A DNA stretch of 64,000 nucleotides. It comes from Methanobacteriota archaeon. GTDB lineage: Archaea; Thermoplasmatota; Thermoplasmata; SG8-5; DAIRED01. Positions 36,565 through 46,930 of this stretch are shown one piece after another (position 1 is the stretch's first letter; every line of letters starts with the position of its first letter). The DNA lies in contig JAZDNO010000019.1 in assembly GCA_043799545.1 (NCBI GenBank), positions 1 through 64,000 of the forward strand, in the 5' to 3' direction. The position numbers were made by a program, and so were the translations under genes. The notes under the pieces were generated by a model. The model was not told where the DNA came from and ran no database searches. It saw only the letters and a program-made list of their open reading frames with translations.

Positions 36565-38439
36565 ATGCCAAATCGAAACGTCATCCCGATAAAGGACGCC
36601 CCGCCGGGCGATTTTAAAAACCTCGGCGTGCCAGCGTCCAGGCTCGCCGCGCTTGCGCAGGCCGGGCTCGCAATCCCCGAAGGCTTCGTCGTCTCTCAGG
36701 AGATGCTCAACACGGTGCTGGACGCCGACACGGTGGCGAAGCTTCGCGACCTGGGGCTTCGCGCCGGAAAGGCGGACGAGGCGGAGGGCGCGGCGCTGTG
36801 CCGCGAGGCGGGCAAGATCCTCGGCGAGGCAGGCATGCCGTGGGAGACGGAGATGGAGCTCGCGAAGGCGCTGGAGGCGATGCCCCAGGGAGCTTGGCTG
36901 GCGCCCAGCCAGGAGGATGGCGGCATCCCAGTGTTCGCACCAGTGCGCACGAAGAACGCGCTGATAGAGCGGGTGCGGGAGATATGGGCCACGGTCCTCG
37001 ACGCGGATTCGCCGGAGACCTGGCACGAGCCGTTTTCACCCGTCGTCGCAATGGCGGCGCAGGACTTCGAGGTCTCCGGAATCGCGGAGCTGGCAACCGA
37101 GGGGCGCGCCTTCATCGACATCGAGGCTGTCTTCGGTCTGCCCCAGGCCATGTCCGACAGGAAAATCGCCAGGGACAAGTACCGCTGGTCCGTCGCGGAA
37201 TCGCGCCAGCTCAGGGCGGATGTCGCCAAGCAGAGATGGCAGTATTCCATCGCCGACAAGGGCGTTTCCAGGGTGGACGTTTCCCCCGCGCTGGGAGGGG
37301 AGCGCAAGCTTTCGGAGGACGCCCTCGCGGGGCTGGCGAGCGCCGTCCAGGGCGCGGCAGACGCCCTCGACGGCGCCCCCGCGGTGGTCTGGGCCATCGC
37401 GGACGACGAGGTGAAAATCCTGTGGGTTCTGGACCTCAAGCCTTACGAGCGCAGGCCGAAGAAAGCCGAGGTGAAACCCGCAGCCGCCCCCGTCCAGGCG
37501 GTCCAGGACGCCCTCCCGGTCACTGCCACCAAGCTGATGGTCTCAGCCGAGGTCGGCTCGGAGCCTCCTGCAGGCGCAGAGGTTCAGGGCGCGTTCCCGA
37601 TATCGATAGACTCATTCCTCAAGGCGAACCTGCTCGCGCATCCACAATCGCCCGAGGGGGCAAGCTTAGAATCCTTCAAAGCCGGCCTCCCGACGGCGCT
37701 GGAGTCGTACGCCAAGGCGATGCGGCCGCGCCAGGTCGTCGTATCGCTTTCCAACCTTTCGAGCGAGGAGTTCGCAGCGCTTCCAGGCGGGGGGAGGTTC
37801 GAGCCCGCGGAGCGCAATCCGCTCATGGGGTTCCGGGGAAGCGCGAGGCACCTTTCGGTCGGGAACGACAAGCTGCTGGATGCCGAGCTATCGGCAATCG
37901 CGGCGGCGCGACAGCGCGGCGCCCGCAACCTTTCCCTCGCCCTGCCGTTCGTGCGCACGACAGACGAGCTTCTGGCTCTTGCGGCAAGGGCGCGCTCCCT
38001 CGGGCTGGAGCGCGGGCAGGACTTCAAGCTCTGGATGTTCGTCGAGGTTCCGTCCAACGTCTTCATGGCAGAGGATTTCGCCAACTTGTGCGACGGGCTC
38101 GCGATTCGGCTGGAGCCGCTTTACCAGCTGCTGGCGGCGGTGGACCCGGGCTCGGCATACCTCGCCGACGCGGGCTTCGCCAGGCCATCCGACGAGGGGG
38201 CGAGGCGGGCCGTGGCGGAGGTCATCTGCAGGGCGCGCTCGGCCGGAAAGCCGGTCGTTATATGCGGCGAGAAGCTGCACGAAGCGCGGGAGGTTCTCGA
38301 AACGGCAATCAGGGAAGGCGTGGACGCTGTCTCGGCGCCGCCGCAGCACCTGACGCAGCTGGCCAGGGCCGTTGCGGGAATAGAGCAGCGCATATTGCTC
38401 GAGGGCGCGGCGAGGCTGAGGTCGGGAGGAAAGGCTTGA
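36565..38439 (+). CDS. Degenerate PEP synthase-like protein lacking the phospho-His domain
   Basis: AGLAIPEGFVV N-terminus; ERNPLMGFRG, MFVEVPSN, VICGE C-terminal barrel; no TSHAAI-type motif. Confidence 0.8.
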   Translation: MPNRNVIPIKDAPPGDFKNLGVPASRLAALAQAGLAIPEGFVVSQEMLNTVLDADTVAKLRDLGLRAGKADEAEGAALCREAGKILGEAGMPWETEMELAKALEAMPQGAWLAPSQEDGGIPVFAPVRTKNALIERVREIWATVLDADSPETWHEPFSPVVAMAAQDFEVSGIAELATEGRAFIDIEAVFGLPQAMSDRKIARDKYRWSVAESRQLRADVAKQRWQYSIADKGVSRVDVSPALGGERKLSEDALAGLASAVQGAADALDGAPAVVWAIADDEVKILWVLDLKPYERRPKKAEVKPAAAPVQAVQDALPVTATKLMVSAEVGSEPPAGAEVQGAFPISIDSFLKANLLAHPQSPEGASLESFKAGLPTALESYAKAMRPRQVVVSLSNLSSEEFAALPGGGRFEPAERNPLMGFRGSARHLSVGNDKLLDAELSAIAAARQRGARNLSLALPFVRTTDELLALAARARSLGLERGQDFKLWMFVEVPSNVFMAEDFANLCDGLAIRLEPLYQLLAAVDPGSAYLADAGFARPSDEGARRAVAEVICRARSAGKPVVICGEKLHEAREVLETAIREGVDAVSAPPQHLTQLARAVAGIEQRILLEGAARLRSGGKA

Positions 38440-39602
38440 GCCGGGCGTCGTCGGGATTCCCCCGGAAGGGCTCCGGGAGGAAGGCGGTGCGGGCTAACCT
38501 CGGCGACGCGCTCGAGGAGGATTTTTCCTTTGGCGGCGGGCGCGTGCTGGGCTCGATGTGCACCGCCCCGCTCCCGATTGCCGTCGAGGCGCATTCGAAA
38601 TTTATCGAGTCGAACCTGGGCAACTCGGGGCTGTATCCGGGAACTGCGAAGCTTGAGCGGCAGGTCGTCGCCTGGGTATCGGACCTGATGCACGGCCGGA
38701 ACCTCGCAGGGCACGTCGTCGGCGGCGGGACTGAGGCCAATATCACAGCGCTCTGGGTCGCCCGCAACGCGACCGGAAAGAAGGAGGTGGTGTTTCCCGA
38801 GAGCGCCCACTTCTCGTTCAGCAAGGCGTGCGACCTACTGGGCATGAAGCCAGTCATCGCCAGGCTCAACGACGACTTCACCGTGGACGTGGACGACGCG
38901 CGCCGAAAGATTGGCAAGAACACCGCTGCCGTCGTGGGCATCGCGGGCACGACTGAGGTGGGAGCGGTCGACGACGTGGCGGCGCTGGCCGAGGCGTCCG
39001 AGGGGAAGACGCTCCACGTCGACGCGGCCTTCGGAGGTTTCGTCATCCCGTTCCTGTGCAAGCTCGGAGGCGAGTTTCCGGGCTTCGATTTCTCGGTGCC
39101 AGGCGTGAGCTCCCTCACTATAGACCCACATAAGATGGGGATGGCCACGGTGCCCTCGGGCATCCTGCTGTTCCGCGGGCGGGACAGGCTGGACGGCATA
39201 GCGGTGGACGCGCCGTACCTCACGCTCACTAAGCAGACCGCGCTTTCGGGCACGAGGTGCAGCGCGGCAGTGGCATCGTCGTACGCGGCCATCCGGACCC
39301 TGGGGTTCGAAGGCTACGTCAGGCTGGTCAAGGGCTGCATGGACAACACTGCGCACCTGGCGAAGCGCGCCGGGCAGGAAGGCCTCTCGCTCGCGCTCAA
39401 GCCGCGGATGAACATAGTCAACCTCTCGGTCGATTCCCCGGAGCGCCTGCAGGCCGAACTGGACAGGATGGGATGGAAGGTCTCGAAGGCCTGCAAACCG
39501 AAATCCCTCCGCATGGTTGTGATGCCGCACGTCACTCGGCGGGTGGTTGACTCTTTCGTCCCCGACCTGGCCAAGGCCGCCCGGAGGCTGGGGGAGATAT
39601 GA
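38436..39602 (+). CDS. mfnA: PLP-dependent tyrosine/aspartate decarboxylase
   Basis: GGTEANI, LHVDAAFGG, IDPHKMG; TTGA overlap with the upstream gene. Confidence 0.9.
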   Translation: MSRASSGFPRKGSGRKAVRANLGDALEEDFSFGGGRVLGSMCTAPLPIAVEAHSKFIESNLGNSGLYPGTAKLERQVVAWVSDLMHGRNLAGHVVGGGTEANITALWVARNATGKKEVVFPESAHFSFSKACDLLGMKPVIARLNDDFTVDVDDARRKIGKNTAAVVGIAGTTEVGAVDDVAALAEASEGKTLHVDAAFGGFVIPFLCKLGGEFPGFDFSVPGVSSLTIDPHKMGMATVPSGILLFRGRDRLDGIAVDAPYLTLTKQTALSGTRCSAAVASSYAAIRTLGFEGYVRLVKGCMDNTAHLAKRAGQEGLSLALKPRMNIVNLSVDSPERLQAELDRMGWKVSKACKPKSLRMVVMPHVTRRVVDSFVPDLAKAARRLGEI

Positions 39603-40594
39603 AGGTCGGCGACTTGGATGTTGACATCGGCTGCGCGGTCAAGGAAGCGCTGAAACGCAAGGCCAAGAGCATTGTCCTGCAGGTGCCGGAGGGCCTGAAG
39701 AGGCGCGCTGGCGAGATGGCCGACGCCTTCGAGAGGAAGGGCATTTCAGTTATTCTGGCCGGAGATCCGTGCTACGGAGCCTGCGACCTGTGCGCGGGAC
39801 ACGGCAGGGACATACTGGTCCATGTCGGGCACACCCCGCTCGGGCTTCCCGGAGACGACGAAGTCATATTCGTGGAAGCCATTTCGTCCGCGCCGGTGGA
39901 GGCGGTCGTCTGCAAGGCGCTTCCCCTGCTAGGTTCAAAGGCCGGTCTGGTCACGACCGCGCAGCACGCCCACATGCTGGACGCCGCGACCGCGCTCGTC
40001 CGAAAGTCCGGAAGGAAGGCTCTCAGAGGAACGGGCGATGGCAGAGTCAAATATCCCGGGCAGGTCTTAGGGTGCAACGCCAGCGCCGCCCGCTCCGTCG
40101 CAAAACGCGTCGATTCATTCCTATTCATCGGCACAGGCGTGTTCCATCCGATTGCGGTGTCCCTCGCGACCCGCAAGCCGACAATCGCCGCGGACCCGCT
40201 CTCCGGCGAAGTGCAGGACGTCGGCCCGCTGGCGGAGCGGATTCTCAGGCGCAGGCACGGGCTCATCGCCGTAGCTTCGAAGGCGCATGAATTCGGAATT
40301 ATCGTATGCACCAAGCGCGGGCAGCGCCGGAAATCGACGGCGCTCGCCCTGGCGCGGAAGATAAAAAAATCCGGGCGCTCCGCCCGCATCGTGGCTGCGA
40401 ACGAGATAGAGCCGTGGCGCTTCAAAGGGTTCGGTTTCGACGCGCTCGTTTCGACCGCATGCCCGCGGCTGGCCATAGACGATTGCGCCAGGTTCGACGT
40501 GCCGCTACTCACTCCCGTCGAGGCGGAGATTGCCATCGGCGGCAAGGCTTGGGGGGATTACCAGTTCGACGAGATAGCCCCTTCGCTCGGTTAG
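39599..40594 (+). CDS. dph2: Diphthamide biosynthesis enzyme Dph2
   Basis: YGACD, GQVLGCN, TACPR cysteines. Confidence 0.93.
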   Translation: MKVGDLDVDIGCAVKEALKRKAKSIVLQVPEGLKRRAGEMADAFERKGISVILAGDPCYGACDLCAGHGRDILVHVGHTPLGLPGDDEVIFVEAISSAPVEAVVCKALPLLGSKAGLVTTAQHAHMLDAATALVRKSGRKALRGTGDGRVKYPGQVLGCNASAARSVAKRVDSFLFIGTGVFHPIAVSLATRKPTIAADPLSGEVQDVGPLAERILRRRHGLIAVASKAHEFGIIVCTKRGQRRKSTALALARKIKKSGRSARIVAANEIEPWRFKGFGFDALVSTACPRLAIDDCARFDVPLLTPVEAEIAIGGKAWGDYQFDEIAPSLG

Positions 40595-40663
40595 GCCTTT
40601 TACAGAATAATATATATACGTGAAAACCTATTAGCCTTTACAACCAAAAGGGATGGGTGCACG

Positions 40664-41812
40664 ATGAAATCGATAATAGACTCGGCTTTGCAGCAGCATG
40701 CAGAGGACCAGAAGAGCGCGGAAGTTTTGAAGAGCGCGGGGGTACCTAGCCAGCAGTCCACCGGCAGCCCCGACGACGACGACCTGTTGAAACTGGTCGA
40801 GACGCTCAGGATCAACATCAAAATCATCGGATGCGGCGGAGGCGGTTGCAATACAATCAACAGGCTGACGCAGTCCGGGATAGTCGGCGCTCAGCTCCTC
40901 GCCATCAACACCGATGCGCCGCACCTCCTGCACATCCACGCGCCGAAGAAGATGCTCATAGGCAAGAAGTTAACGAAGGGCCTGGGCGCCGGCGCGCTCC
41001 CCGAGGTCGGGGAGTCGGCGGCTAAAGAAAACGAGGACGAGCTCAAGGCGTACATCAACGGTTCGCACATAGTCTTCGTGACCGCTGGCCTGGGTGGCGG
41101 GACCGGGACTGGCTCCGCGCAGTACATCGCAAAGACCGCGAAGGAGTCGGGCGCGCTCGTCATGGGCATAGTCACCCTACCGTTCAAGGCGGAGGGCCAC
41201 CTGCGCATGGAGAACGCCCTCAAGGGCCTTGAGAAGCTGCGCAAGTTCACCGACACCACGATAGTCATCAACAACGACAAGCTTCTGGAACTTGTCCCGA
41301 GGCTCCCGCTGGACGCGGCATTCAAGGTCGCTGACGAGATCCTGATGAACGCCATAAAGGGCATCACGGAAATCATCACCAAGCCCGGGCTGGTCAACAT
41401 CGACTACTCCGATCTGATGACAATCATGAAGAACGGCGGCGTCGCGATGATTGGGATGGGCGACTCGGACGAGGACAGGGACCGCGTCGACGAGGCGGTC
41501 AAGGAAGCCTTGTCTTCGCCGCTGCTCGGCGAGGTCGATATCTCGCAGTCGAAGGGAGCGCTCGTGCGCATCGTGGGCGGCTCCGACATGACAATCACCG
41601 AGGCGCAGAGGGCGGTCGAGCTGGTCGGCCAGAAGATATCCCCGACCGCGCGCATCATCTGGGGATGCACTGTCGACCCGACGATGGAGAAGTCCGTCAA
41701 CCTGCTGCTAGTGCTCACGGGAGTCAAATCGAAGCAGTTCGTCGACACCCACGGGCCGTCGGTCGTGACAGGAAGGCCCCCGCAGAATGATGCGTTCGAA
41801 GAGGTCAGGTGA
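40664..41812 (+). CDS. ftsZ: Cell division protein FtsZ
   Basis: GCGGGGCN, NTDA, GLGGGTGTG tubulin motif, NIDYSD. Confidence 0.97.
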   Translation: MKSIIDSALQQHAEDQKSAEVLKSAGVPSQQSTGSPDDDDLLKLVETLRINIKIIGCGGGGCNTINRLTQSGIVGAQLLAINTDAPHLLHIHAPKKMLIGKKLTKGLGAGALPEVGESAAKENEDELKAYINGSHIVFVTAGLGGGTGTGSAQYIAKTAKESGALVMGIVTLPFKAEGHLRMENALKGLEKLRKFTDTTIVINNDKLLELVPRLPLDAAFKVADEILMNAIKGITEIITKPGLVNIDYSDLMTIMKNGGVAMIGMGDSDEDRDRVDEAVKEALSSPLLGEVDISQSKGALVRIVGGSDMTITEAQRAVELVGQKISPTARIIWGCTVDPTMEKSVNLLLVLTGVKSKQFVDTHGPSVVTGRPPQNDAFEEVR

Positions 41813-41855
41813 ACGGCCGGAGCGCCCCCGCAGTTCAGGGAACCAAAGACCCAGG

Positions 41856-42152
41856 GTGACCGCCGCCGAGCGCAAGGCCTTGCGCAGGGGCAAGCGCCCG
41901 AGGTACGTACTGTTCGAGAGCGAGAGCCACGGCGCGCTTTGTGGAGCCTATGCATCGCTTCGCGCCAACCCATCAGTCTGGGTGGAGAAGCCCCCGAGCG
42001 TGATAGAGACGCGAGGCCAGGTGACCATAATCAGGGTCTTCCACAAGGATTTGGAGACGGCGAAAACCCTATTGAATTCTGTAGCCGGGGTGCGGACCCT
42101 GCGAACGAGCGGGACGCTTCGGGCGCTGAGGAGGAAGGCGGGGCTGAAGTAG
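41856..42152 (+). CDS. RNase P protein component Pop5/Rpp14-like
   Basis: RPRYVLF N-terminus and TSGTLRALRRK C-terminus; GTG start inferred. Confidence 0.7.
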   Translation: MTAAERKALRRGKRPRYVLFESESHGALCGAYASLRANPSVWVEKPPSVIETRGQVTIIRVFHKDLETAKTLLNSVAGVRTLRTSGTLRALRRKAGLK

Positions 42153-42153
42153 G

Positions 42154-42840
42154 TTAATTCCCTTTTTCCAGCCTGTCGATAAGGCGCTGGGGAAGTCCGG
42201 CCTTTCTTCCCGCAAGCATCGTCTTGCTCACGCTGTAAACCAACCTGTGGATGCTCGCGTCGGTAACCGTCCTGTCCTTGATATCGAGCGTGGCGAAGGA
42301 GGCGCGCCAGTCCCCGTCTCGCGGCTGCCCCACGCTCCCTGGATTTATAACGTATCCTTTTCCAAACAAGGAGACGAACGGCCAATGCGTGTGGCCCAGC
42401 ACAAGGACGTCGGCCTGGGCTTTCCTCAGCAGGTCGGAGGAGGCCCCATCCTGCATGATGTATTTGTCAGGGTCGAAGGGGGCGCCGTGGTGCACGGCGA
42501 TTCTCAAGCCTTCGATTTTCAACTCAAGATGCTCCGGCATCTCCGTCAAATAAACTGAGCTTTGCATCGAGAGATTCTTATGAGTCCACTCTTCGGCCAG
42601 CGCCGCATTCTGATTGAAATTCTTCCAGTCGCCAGAGATGTTAGCGATTTCGTGGTTGCCCTTGATGGACTCGATTTTCTCGCGGGCGAACAGCGCTATG
42701 ACCTCGTTCGGGAAGGCGTTGTAGCCGACCACGTCGCCAGCGTGTAGAATCCTAGCGATTCCCATCCTGCGGATTTCGGCGAGGACGGCCTCCAAAGCTG
42801 GAAGGTTCGAATGGACGTCGGAGATGAGGGCGAGCTTCAA
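42154..42840 (-). CDS. Metallophosphoesterase (YfcE/MJ0936 family)
   Basis: SDVHSN, AGDVVGY, KGNHE, HHG, LGHTH, NPGSVGQPRDG. Confidence 0.92.
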   Translation of the reverse strand: MKLALISDVHSNLPALEAVLAEIRRMGIARILHAGDVVGYNAFPNEVIALFAREKIESIKGNHEIANISGDWKNFNQNAALAEEWTHKNLSMQSSVYLTEMPEHLELKIEGLRIAVHHGAPFDPDKYIMQDGASSDLLRKAQADVLVLGHTHWPFVSLFGKGYVINPGSVGQPRDGDWRASFATLDIKDRTVTDASIHRLVYSVSKTMLAGRKAGLPQRLIDRLEKGN

Positions 42841-42880
42841 TTTGGCACCATGGGCACGAGTGTTCTCACCGCATTTAAAG

Positions 42881-45800
42881 TTACGGTGGGGTGTTCATCC
42901 TACGCTTTCGGAACTGGATAGCCATCAGCACTGCTGCGCCTATCACTGTGATTGTTATTATCATTGCGGGAATCAGCCAGAGAGTAGAATTTGGACTAGC
43001 TTCGACATCCACTGTCAACGTATCTGTATCCCAATTGCCCGCTGCATCCGTCACGTTTAAGGTGACTATGTATTCACCGCTCGTCCAGAATGCCATCGAA
43101 GGGGCGGCGCCGAACAGCACTATGATCGTGCCGTTGTAGTGAACTGTCCATGTGTAATTGGCAATTTGAATATTATCTGCGGAGCCAGTTCCGTCGAGCG
43201 TGATTGTTTTTCCGACTCTCGTAGTAATATCATCTCCGGCCTGCGCTGTCGGAGGGATATCGTCCGGGACGTTGGTGGCGTTCACCAAGACAATGTCCCT
43301 TGCCTTGTTGCCCGCCCCATCCGAGACTGTCAAGGAGACGTTGTATATTCCGGGGTAAGTCAAGCTCATTTCGGGCATGGCTCCGTAGAGGGTGCCGTTT
43401 AATCCGCCGTGCGTGTAATTCCAAGTGTAATTGACGACCCCGATGTTGTCAGTTGATGCAGACCCGTTCAGGGTGAATGTTGCCAGAATGGGTGTTTTAA
43501 AGTCATCGCCGGCCTCAGCCGTGGGCGCGTCGTTGTCCCTGACATTCAGCGTTTCCTCTGTAAGGACTCTTTTATTTCCAGCCCCATCGACAGCCGAGAG
43601 CATGTATCTCAGCGGTTCAAGGCTTCCGGCTGGAATGCTCAAATCCAGGCTGTAATTGCCATCAGAAGACCCGACCATCGTTTTATTTGTCCAGTTGGCG
43701 CTCCCGAACCTATAGGCCACTCCAACAATGGGCGATGAGAGCGCATCGGACACCCGTGCCTCGAAACGGTACGCATCCCCTGTGGTCGCATCCGCGGAGC
43801 AGTTTGGCACCAATGACGGCGGCGTCGCATCGTAGCCGCAAGCGATTTTGTCGTTGGCGGGAGACGTCTCATTAAAGCCAGCGAGGTCAATCGCCTTCGT
43901 ATACAGTTCGTATTTTCCCTCTCCGCCAGGGAATGTGAAATTCCATTCAAACGGCTCGTTTTCGTCCTTGCCAAATAATGCCCAGCTCCCCCATGTGACA
44001 CCGTCACTGCCAGTGCGATACCATAGACTGACGTTTGCGATCCCCACGTCATCGCTGGCGGAGCAATTAAGGTTCAGATGGCTGTTTTTAATCCAATAAT
44101 TATCGGGGGCTCGCAGCTGACTCGCAGGTACCTGCGTGTCATACATCCAGGTGAGCTGCGCACAAGCCGGCTTCGGCTCTGTGTTGCCAGAGGCATCGAC
44201 CGCTACTGTGTAGAACTCGTAGAAACCGTGGCCGGAATTCGCTGGTTGAACTCCGGGAGCGAAGAACCAAGGCGAGGGAAATACGGAATAATCATAGAGC
44301 GTCCAAGCTGTCCAATTCTCCAAATCGCCGCTGAAGCGGTACCACAAATCCACCGTGACGACCCCACTATAGTCGTCGGTAGCCTTCGCTTCTATGATGC
44401 AATATCCCCAAGAGTTCTGGACTGTCTGGAAAATCGGTCTAGAAACCGGTGGATTGGCATCGCTGTACGTCCCGATTGGAGGTGCCATGAGCGGATAATG
44501 GTCTTTCGACTGGCCTCCGGGGATGTTGACCGGCGTGTCGCCGATGCCGTCCGCGCCGGTTGTATCCTGTAAAAGTCCTGAATTAAAATCGACGCCAGCG
44601 TAATCATCCCAGATGTTTCCGCCAGTCGGGTACGAGGTGTTCCAGGCATTGCCACATGTGTCCACTGCATGCTCGTCATTGCCGACGAATGAGTTGCGCC
44701 AGAACCTGTTCCCGCTCGAGTTATGGGTGGCGTTCACGCCTACGTAGTTGTCCAAGATGTGGAATCCGACGAAACTGTTCGCCGTTGAATTCCGTAGGAA
44801 TATAGCCGTGCTCTTTGCCCGCTCGATTGTTATCTCCAGATCGAATTGGCCAGGATTCTGGAACACAGTGTACCCAAGCACGCTGATAAAGTACGCTCCG
44901 TCAGGCGGATTGTGCAGCCTCAACCCCTCTTCGGCGTCGGAGTCTGCGCAGTAGCAGTAAATCCCCGTGCCATAAGATGATTCGTAAGCCTCGAACAAGC
45001 AAATGTCTCGCGTCACGATTTCCTCCCATTGGATTATCCCATCCGCCGGCTGCCCAGCAGCCCCGTCGAGGAATATCGCCAAGTCGAGGTCGGGGGCGTT
45101 CGAATGCCCGGAGATGCTCACATCGAATATGGTGGCGTTTGTGATTGAGACCGAGCGCCTGAACCCATCGCTGTCCGCGAACAAGGAAATCCAGTCCTCT
45201 ACCGTATTCTGCGGGCCTGATAGATCGCTTGCATTGACGTCGAGCCCATTTTCGGCTGTGTGTATCTCGCTTCCGAAAGCCCGCTCCGAACAGTTGGCCA
45301 CGGTGTTGTTTCCGAGATAGTTGTCATGGGAAGTGTCAAGGATGATTCCGAAATCGTTGTCCCAGAGTGCGTTGTCAAAAACGCGGTTGTAGCTCGAACC
45401 AGCAAATGCGATGCCCGTCGTTCCTGACGAGATGTTGCATGAGGTGACACTGACGAACATCGATTCCATTGATATTCCCACACCGTTTTCTCTCAAGGTG
45501 TTGCCTATGATTTCGCATCCCTGGGCGCGGGACCATGCCTGGATTCCTATGTCGTTGTACGAAATGTGGTTGCCTTGGAGCGAGTTCCCGAATGAGTTGT
45601 ACCCCCCACCGAGTTCCACGCCGACGGAACCATTCGATATTTTGCTAGATTGCAGAACGTTGTTCTTCGATTTTGAGTCGAATCTGACGCCAAGATGGTT
45701 GCCTGTCAGGTTGTTTACAGAGATGGTGCTGTTATCGCAATTCGACAGGGATATCGCGCAAGTGTCGTTCGACAGGTCGTTAAACCTTATGGTGCTGTTG

Positions 45801-46780
45801 CCGCAATACGCCATCGCGATGCCCATTGAAACGTTGGAGCACTTCAGCTTCTCGATGGTCATAGTGCTACAATTCACAAAGATGGCTTGTCCGCAGTCCG
45901 TGCTCTGTGTCACCCCAGCTTGGTTCTTGAGGTAGCAGACAGGTTTGCCGTGGACGAGGTTCGTCGTCGGGATTGTATGGCTGGCCCAATTCCAGACTTG
46001 GGAGCCGGTACTGGTGAATGCAATCCCCCGGCCGTCCATCGCGTTACCGAGCATCCTGACAGACGTGCACATGTCGAACTGGACATCGTCGCCGAAGCTT
46101 GATATATTGTTGCCGGTTACGTTCACCGATGACCCACCAGTGAGGTACAGCCCGACATCGTTGTCCTCAACCTCGTTGTCGGCTAGGCTCACGTTATTAC
46201 TATAGCTCAAATAAATCCCGTACGAATTATTGTGAATGGCGTTGTCTTGCACTGACGACGTGTCTGCATGGATGTTGACGCCTTTGCCGTTTCCGGCAAT
46301 GGTATTCTGTTCGACATCGATGTTTTGACCTTTCAAATATATCCCGATGGAGTTGTTGACAATCGCGTTGTCGGTTACTGACCCTCCAGAGGAGTCGAGG
46401 CTTATGGCGCCAGTGTCCTCGTTATAGGGGCCGCCGCTCACGTTCGACAGATGGCAATTTTTGATGACGAATGCGACCGTCGTGCCTGTGACCTTGATAC
46501 AATAATCGCCACCCGTCGCTGATATTTTCCATCCATCGATGACGAATGGATTCGACGCCCCCCCATTTCCGCCGGTAACTCCGTTCGCAGGAGTGAAACC
46601 CCCGTCAAACGTGATGAGGATCGGCGCATGGTTGGCGTAACGCGGAATGATGTGGCTTCCTGTCAAACCAGAACTCATCCAGGGGTTAGTGAAAGCGGTC
46701 AGCGCCGAGAGGATGATTGCCAACGCGAGTAATCCCGCGACCGTACCAGACTTCCACACATCCGCACCTCGGGGAAGCAT
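42881..46780 (-). CDS. Surface protein: NosD-like parallel beta-helix, inserted PPC-like domain, Ig-like stalk, 2 PKD, C-terminal TM
   Basis: Signal-like start; N..GI.L repeats; two PTAxAG.D..FD/LDG..S.DN..I.NYTW PKD units; TM plus FRKRR. Confidence 0.82.
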   Translation of the reverse strand: MLPRGADVWKSGTVAGLLALAIILSALTAFTNPWMSSGLTGSHIIPRYANHAPILITFDGGFTPANGVTGGNGGASNPFVIDGWKISATGGDYCIKVTGTTVAFVIKNCHLSNVSGGPYNEDTGAISLDSSGGSVTDNAIVNNSIGIYLKGQNIDVEQNTIAGNGKGVNIHADTSSVQDNAIHNNSYGIYLSYSNNVSLADNEVEDNDVGLYLTGGSSVNVTGNNISSFGDDVQFDMCTSVRMLGNAMDGRGIAFTSTGSQVWNWASHTIPTTNLVHGKPVCYLKNQAGVTQSTDCGQAIFVNCSTMTIEKLKCSNVSMGIAMAYCGNSTIRFNDLSNDTCAISLSNCDNSTISVNNLTGNHLGVRFDSKSKNNVLQSSKISNGSVGVELGGGYNSFGNSLQGNHISYNDIGIQAWSRAQGCEIIGNTLRENGVGISMESMFVSVTSCNISSGTTGIAFAGSSYNRVFDNALWDNDFGIILDTSHDNYLGNNTVANCSERAFGSEIHTAENGLDVNASDLSGPQNTVEDWISLFADSDGFRRSVSITNATIFDVSISGHSNAPDLDLAIFLDGAAGQPADGIIQWEEIVTRDICLFEAYESSYGTGIYCYCADSDAEEGLRLHNPPDGAYFISVLGYTVFQNPGQFDLEITIERAKSTAIFLRNSTANSFVGFHILDNYVGVNATHNSSGNRFWRNSFVGNDEHAVDTCGNAWNTSYPTGGNIWDDYAGVDFNSGLLQDTTGADGIGDTPVNIPGGQSKDHYPLMAPPIGTYSDANPPVSRPIFQTVQNSWGYCIIEAKATDDYSGVVTVDLWYRFSGDLENWTAWTLYDYSVFPSPWFFAPGVQPANSGHGFYEFYTVAVDASGNTEPKPACAQLTWMYDTQVPASQLRAPDNYWIKNSHLNLNCSASDDVGIANVSLWYRTGSDGVTWGSWALFGKDENEPFEWNFTFPGGEGKYELYTKAIDLAGFNETSPANDKIACGYDATPPSLVPNCSADATTGDAYRFEARVSDALSSPIVGVAYRFGSANWTNKTMVGSSDGNYSLDLSIPAGSLEPLRYMLSAVDGAGNKRVLTEETLNVRDNDAPTAEAGDDFKTPILATFTLNGSASTDNIGVVNYTWNYTHGGLNGTLYGAMPEMSLTYPGIYNVSLTVSDGAGNKARDIVLVNATNVPDDIPPTAQAGDDITTRVGKTITLDGTGSADNIQIANYTWTVHYNGTIIVLFGAAPSMAFWTSGEYIVTLNVTDAAGNWDTDTLTVDVEASPNSTLWLIPAMIITITVIGAAVLMAIQFRKRRMNTPP

Positions 46781-46861
46781 CGGATTGCCGAGTATTAAGG
46801 CTATTGGTAATTCATTTTGTAGAAAAGGAAATTGAAAAGGGTTTTTCTCTCTCATCAGAGC

Positions 46862-46898
46862 CGCAGAATGATACGCCCCTGGCGATAAATTCTGCAAG
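46862..46898. repeat. Third copy of the CGCAGAAT...GATAAATTCTGCAAG element
   Basis: 15-mer at 46884-46898 identical to 21013-21027 and 21107-21121. Confidence 0.8.
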
Positions 46899-46930
46899 CG
46901 GAATGGGTGATGTGCGGTGGGAGTATGGAT

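Noticed and set aside
36798-39602. 934-aa ORF suggesting a large MfnA fusion
   Set aside because: The first ~545 codons are an alternative frame of the PpsA-like gene; MfnA homology starts at the TTG at 38436.
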